Shown here one piece after another: positions 63,014 to 64,000 of a stretch of 64,000 bases of DNA; positions within the stretch are counted from its first letter, which is position 1, and every line of letters begins with the position of its first letter. The position numbers were made by a program, and so were the translations under genes. The stretch lies in assembly GCA_965113315.1 (NCBI GenBank), contig OZ220363.1; one strand, 5' to 3'. This stretch comes from Podarcis vaucheri. Taxonomy: Eukaryota. The notes beneath the pieces are model-generated. The model did no database searches. It was given only the letters and a program-made list of their open reading frames with translations, and was not told the origin of the DNA.

Positions 63014-64000
63014 GTAAGTTCCGTCCTTTCCTTAGCAATGCAAAAAGTGTGCCCTAAGTGCTTCTAGGGCACTTAGCAGTTTACCCTGCAATTGGAATAT
63101 CTGCCATAAAGTAGCATTTGATTTCATTTTTGAATATGCCTCTTAAATGTTTCACCTTGCTAACCAATCTTGATTTAGACATATTTTTTTTACTAAAGTG
63201 CATTAAGGCTGCAAAGGAAACATGGCAACTCCTTGCATGTTGTCAAGCTGTATTACCAAGGCATGGCTCAATCAGATGTACATCTCAACAGGCAGGCTTT
63301 GGGGAATTCACATGCAGAGGAGGCTTGGCAATTGTCTGACCAGTGAGCTGAAATTGTCATGAAATCAATAGTTTTGATCTGCCAAGTTCTAAATAGAGAA
63401 CATGAAGAACAGTTATATATTTTGGTGAACAGACGGCTAAATGATACAGCACAAAGGGAGAATTTTATTTCTAAAGATTGCCAATTAATTTTCTTGAATT
63501 TAACTACGACAAGTTTTTAAAAATCAGAAGATTAGAAGTGTATGGTACAATTTAAATTATATAGAAAACCAGTTTTGCTGTAGAAACTTCTTGCAGTCAA
63601 CTTTTCATGCATTTTCATCAAGAATGTCTAACAACATTTTTGTCTGGATTCTTTTGTACAGATTTTTGTGCAAGTTCTTGGAACACGCTTTCAGAGAGTT
63701 TAAACGTTATTAAGAGTCTAAACTGAATGACAAACAGTTTTAGCTAATCCAGAACAGAGCTTTGAGTGTGCATAAATTACCATTATTATTATTGTACACT
63801 ACTGTAGTTCCATGGAAACCTCCAGTCCAAAGACTGAGCTGCTTATTTGAATCCTGCTGTAAATGTTGTAAGAATGTGTAAATGCTCTTCGGCATAAAAT
63901 GAGAAAACGCAGCTTGGATGGAGTAGTGGCAACTTATTTGCTTCAGCTTGATTAGTGCTGTACTTTTTATGTAACAAACAAATCTCTTGAAATCATTTCC

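Noticed and set aside
63014-64000. Search for ELP4 exon 9 (GLIHIRQIPRLN-like)
   Set aside because: Not seen; presumably beyond 64000

Overview
Eukaryotic, intron-dominated DNA from a squamate reptile, probably a lacertid lizard. This assignment is inferred from Sauria SINEs with (ACCTTT)n tails, BovB, CR1, L2 and L1. The window lies inside ELP4 (Elongator subunit 4, + strand). Six coding exons were read directly with canonical AG/GT borders and mutually consistent phases: 7210-7331, 30055-30186, 36076-36215, 41130-41214, 45444-45632 and 62905-63013, equivalent to human exons 3-8. The introns carry many transposable elements: a young L2 with an intact RT ORF, a 3.2-kb CR1, BovB and L1 3' ends, four Sauria SINEs with TSDs, Tc1/mariner-, hAT- and Harbinger-type MITEs, and a DIRS tyrosine-recombinase relic. 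They also contain TE-free, motif-rich blocks that are candidate orthologues of the PAX6 downstream enhancers known to sit in ELP4 introns. The leading novel hypotheses are: (1) a branch point plus in-frame acceptor that could splice ELP4 exon 3 onto the 406-codon L2 reverse-transcriptase ORF, followed by AATAAA signals; (2) two independent inverted MITE pairs bracketing exons 4-7, which would give a 546-nt stop-free circRNA; (3) an L2-derived 56-bp hairpin. All three are inference from sequence and need RNA data. There is a 332-nt assembly gap at 52527-52858. No prokaryotic systems, CRISPR arrays, rRNA or tRNA genes were seen.
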